This document shows positions 61,971 through 64,000 of a stretch of 64,000 nt of DNA, piece by piece (the stretch's first letter is position 1; every line of letters starts with the position of its first letter). Position numbers and translations under genes: made by a program. Source of the DNA: Pyrinomonadaceae bacterium (lineage in GTDB: Bacteria > Acidobacteriota > Blastocatellia > Pyrinomonadales > Pyrinomonadaceae); contig JBKBYA010000002.1 in the NCBI GenBank assembly GCA_046313635.1, positions 1 to 64,000 of the forward strand. The letters run 5' to 3'. A model generated the notes under the pieces. It was not told the origin of the DNA. It did no database searches and worked only from the letters and a program-made list of their open reading frames with translations.

Positions 61971-63041
61971 ATGAAAAGAATAAGCGCCTTGCTTGTGATG
62001 ACCGTCGTCCTGGCCTCTCAGGTCTCGTTCTATGCCCAGAAGGGAAGCTTTACCGAGATCAAGCAGCTTCAGGGTCCGCAAAACCCGCGGCTCGCATTCG
62101 TCATTCACGGCGGCGCTGGCGTCATCACGCGCGGCTCGCTGACGCCCGAAAAAGAAAAGGCTTATCGCGAAAAGCTCGAGGAGGCCGTGCTCGCCGGCTA
62201 CAAAGCGCTGCAGGCCGGCAAGTCGAGCCTTGACGCGGTCGAGATCGCGATCCGCATCCTCGAGGATTCGCCGCTCTTTAACGCCGGCAAGGGAGCCGTC
62301 TTCACGCACGACGGAAAGAACGAGCTCGACGCTTCGATCATGGACGGCAAAACGCTCGCCGCCGGAGCCGTCGCGGGACTGCGTCACGTCAAAAATCCGA
62401 TCACCCTCGCGCGAGCCGTGATGGAGCGTTCGCCGCACGTGATGATGGTCGGCGAGGGCGCGGAGCAGTTTGCCAAAGAGCAAAAGATCGAGCTGGTGGA
62501 CGAGAAGTATTTTTGGACGCAGCACCGCTGGGACGCGCTTCAGCAGATACTGAAAGAAGAAAAGGAAAAGGCGTCGGACAAAAAAATGAGCGTCGACCTC
62601 ACGCCGACGAACGCGCTTCCGGCAAATAAATTCGGCACCGTCGGCGCCGTCGCGCTCGACAAGGACGGCAACCTCGCGGCCGGCACCTCGACCGGCGGGA
62701 TGACAAATAAACGCTACGGCCGCGTCGGCGACGCTCCGATCATCGGCGCCGGCACCTTTGCCAACAATATGTCGTGCGCGGTCTCGGCTACGGGCTGGGG
62801 CGAGTTCTTTATCCGTCTCGGCGTCGCGAGAGATATTTCGGCTCTGATGGAGTATCGCGCTCTGCCCGTTCAGCAGGCGGCCGATCTCGTCATCCAGCAA
62901 AAACTGCAGAAGCTCGGCGGCGACGGCGGCGTGATCGCGGTCGACCGCTTTGGCAATATCGGCATCTCTTTCAACTCCGAGGGAATGTACCGCGCTTACA
63001 TCAACAGCGACGGCAAGCCGGTCGTCGAGATCTACAAGTGA
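61971..63041 (+). CDS. Isoaspartyl peptidase/L-asparaginase, secreted paralog
   Basis: Signal peptide, IHGGAG, FNAGKGAV, GTVGAVA, TSTGG, GRVGDAP. Confidence 0.9.
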   Translation: MKRISALLVMTVVLASQVSFYAQKGSFTEIKQLQGPQNPRLAFVIHGGAGVITRGSLTPEKEKAYREKLEEAVLAGYKALQAGKSSLDAVEIAIRILEDSPLFNAGKGAVFTHDGKNELDASIMDGKTLAAGAVAGLRHVKNPITLARAVMERSPHVMMVGEGAEQFAKEQKIELVDEKYFWTQHRWDALQQILKEEKEKASDKKMSVDLTPTNALPANKFGTVGAVALDKDGNLAAGTSTGGMTNKRYGRVGDAPIIGAGTFANNMSCAVSATGWGEFFIRLGVARDISALMEYRALPVQQAADLVIQQKLQKLGGDGGVIAVDRFGNIGISFNSEGMYRAYINSDGKPVVEIYK

Positions 63042-63062
63042 ACGGGGCCGTCGGCTTCTGAT

Positions 63063-64000
63063 ATGCAAACCGCTGAGATCATCGCCATCGGATCCGAACT
63101 GCTCACCCCGGACCGCACCGATACCAACAGTCTATGGCTGACCGCAAGGCTCAACGAGCTTGGTATCGAGGTCTTGCTCAAAACGATCGTCGGCGACGAC
63201 GAGGCACGCCTCGAGGAGGTGATCCGCGACGCGGTCAAGCGCTCTGATCTCGTCATCACTACCGGCGGTCTCGGCCCGACCGAGGACGATATCACGCGGC
63301 CCGTCGCGGCGCGGGCGCTCGGCCGCGAGCTCGTCTATCACGATGAGATCGAGGACCAGCTTCGCGAGCGGTTTAGTCTCTGGGGCCGCGAGATGCCCGA
63401 GATCAACAAGCGTCAGGCTTACGTCATCGAGGGTGCCGAGATCTTGCCCAACCCGAACGGCTCGGCGGTCGGAATGCTGATCGAGACCGACGGGCGAACG
63501 ATCGCGATCTTTCCGGGGCCGCCGCGCGAGATGCAGCCGATGTTCAGCGACCACGTCTGGCCGAGGCTGGCCGAAAAAGCGGGCGGCCTGAGAAAAAAGC
63601 GAAGGGTGCTGAAGGTCTCGGGATTGGGCGAATCGGCGGTTGACGAGGCGATCTCGCCGATCTATAGAGCGTTTGAGACGATCGAAACTTCGATCTTGTT
63701 CAACCGAAGCGAGGTCGAGGTGCATCTCACCGCCAAGGCACGATCGGAGAGCGAAGCAGACGAGGCACTGGACGAGTGCACGAGGCGGATCGTCGAAAAG
63801 CTCGGCCACGCCGTTTTTTCGACGAGCGGCGAATCGTTGGAAGAGGTGGTCGGCCGGCTTTTAACGGAACGATCGGCGACCCTCTCGGTCGCCGAGAGCT
63901 GCACGGGCGGGTTGATCGGATCAAGAATAACGGACGTCGCAGGCTCGTCCAGATACTTTATCGAAGGTGTCGTTTCGTACTCGAACGACGCAAAGATCAG
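63063..64000 (+). CDS. cinA: CinA/PncC competence-damage inducible protein (runs off the window)
   Basis: Not in the ORF track. MQTAEIIAIGSELL, DTNS, TTGGLGPTEDDIT, FPGPPREM, VAESCTGGLIG. Confidence 0.93.
   Translation, partial: MQTAEIIAIGSELLTPDRTDTNSLWLTARLNELGIEVLLKTIVGDDEARLEEVIRDAVKRSDLVITTGGLGPTEDDITRPVAARALGRELVYHDEIEDQLRERFSLWGREMPEINKRQAYVIEGAEILPNPNGSAVGMLIETDGRTIAIFPGPPREMQPMFSDHVWPRLAEKAGGLRKKRRVLKVSGLGESAVDEAISPIYRAFETIETSILFNRSEVEVHLTAKARSESEADEALDECTRRIVEKLGHAVFSTSGESLEEVVGRLLTERSATLSVAESCTGGLIGSRITDVAGSSRYFIEGVVSYSNDAKI

Overview
GC-rich bacterial chromosomal window, mostly housekeeping genes. The gene content and order (rplM-rpsI-rpsB-tsf-pyrH-frr; ispE-tRNA-Gln-prs-rplY-pth-rpsF-rpsR-rplI-dnaB; an ECF sigma/Ser-Thr kinase pair) suggest Acidobacteriota, possibly Blastocatellia; this is inference only. 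Accessory content: two class A beta-lactamase-like lipoproteins, an EF-G paralog, a cyanophycin cluster (cphB, cphA, iaaA) next to carB, two tandem family-4 UDG-like genes, and a carotenoid cluster (crtB, crtI, LyeJ-like elongase, CruF-Idi fusion). Both tRNA-Gln isoacceptors are present. The most striking signal not explained by these genes is about ten short elements made of degenerate 7-9-bp tandem repeats, nearly all arranged as inverted arms. One encloses a four-helix-bundle gene inserted between cphB and cphA. An empty sibling with the same repeat unit lies between rpsI and rpsB. Two others sit in frame inside coaBC and a NagX-like gene. Other leads are an ECF sigma with Asp at the expected phospho-Thr position, a candidate structured sRNA, an unlisted 57-aa membrane protein and several apparently leaderless genes. 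No integrase, transposase, CRISPR array or rRNA was seen. All protein calls come from motif recognition; no database searches were run.
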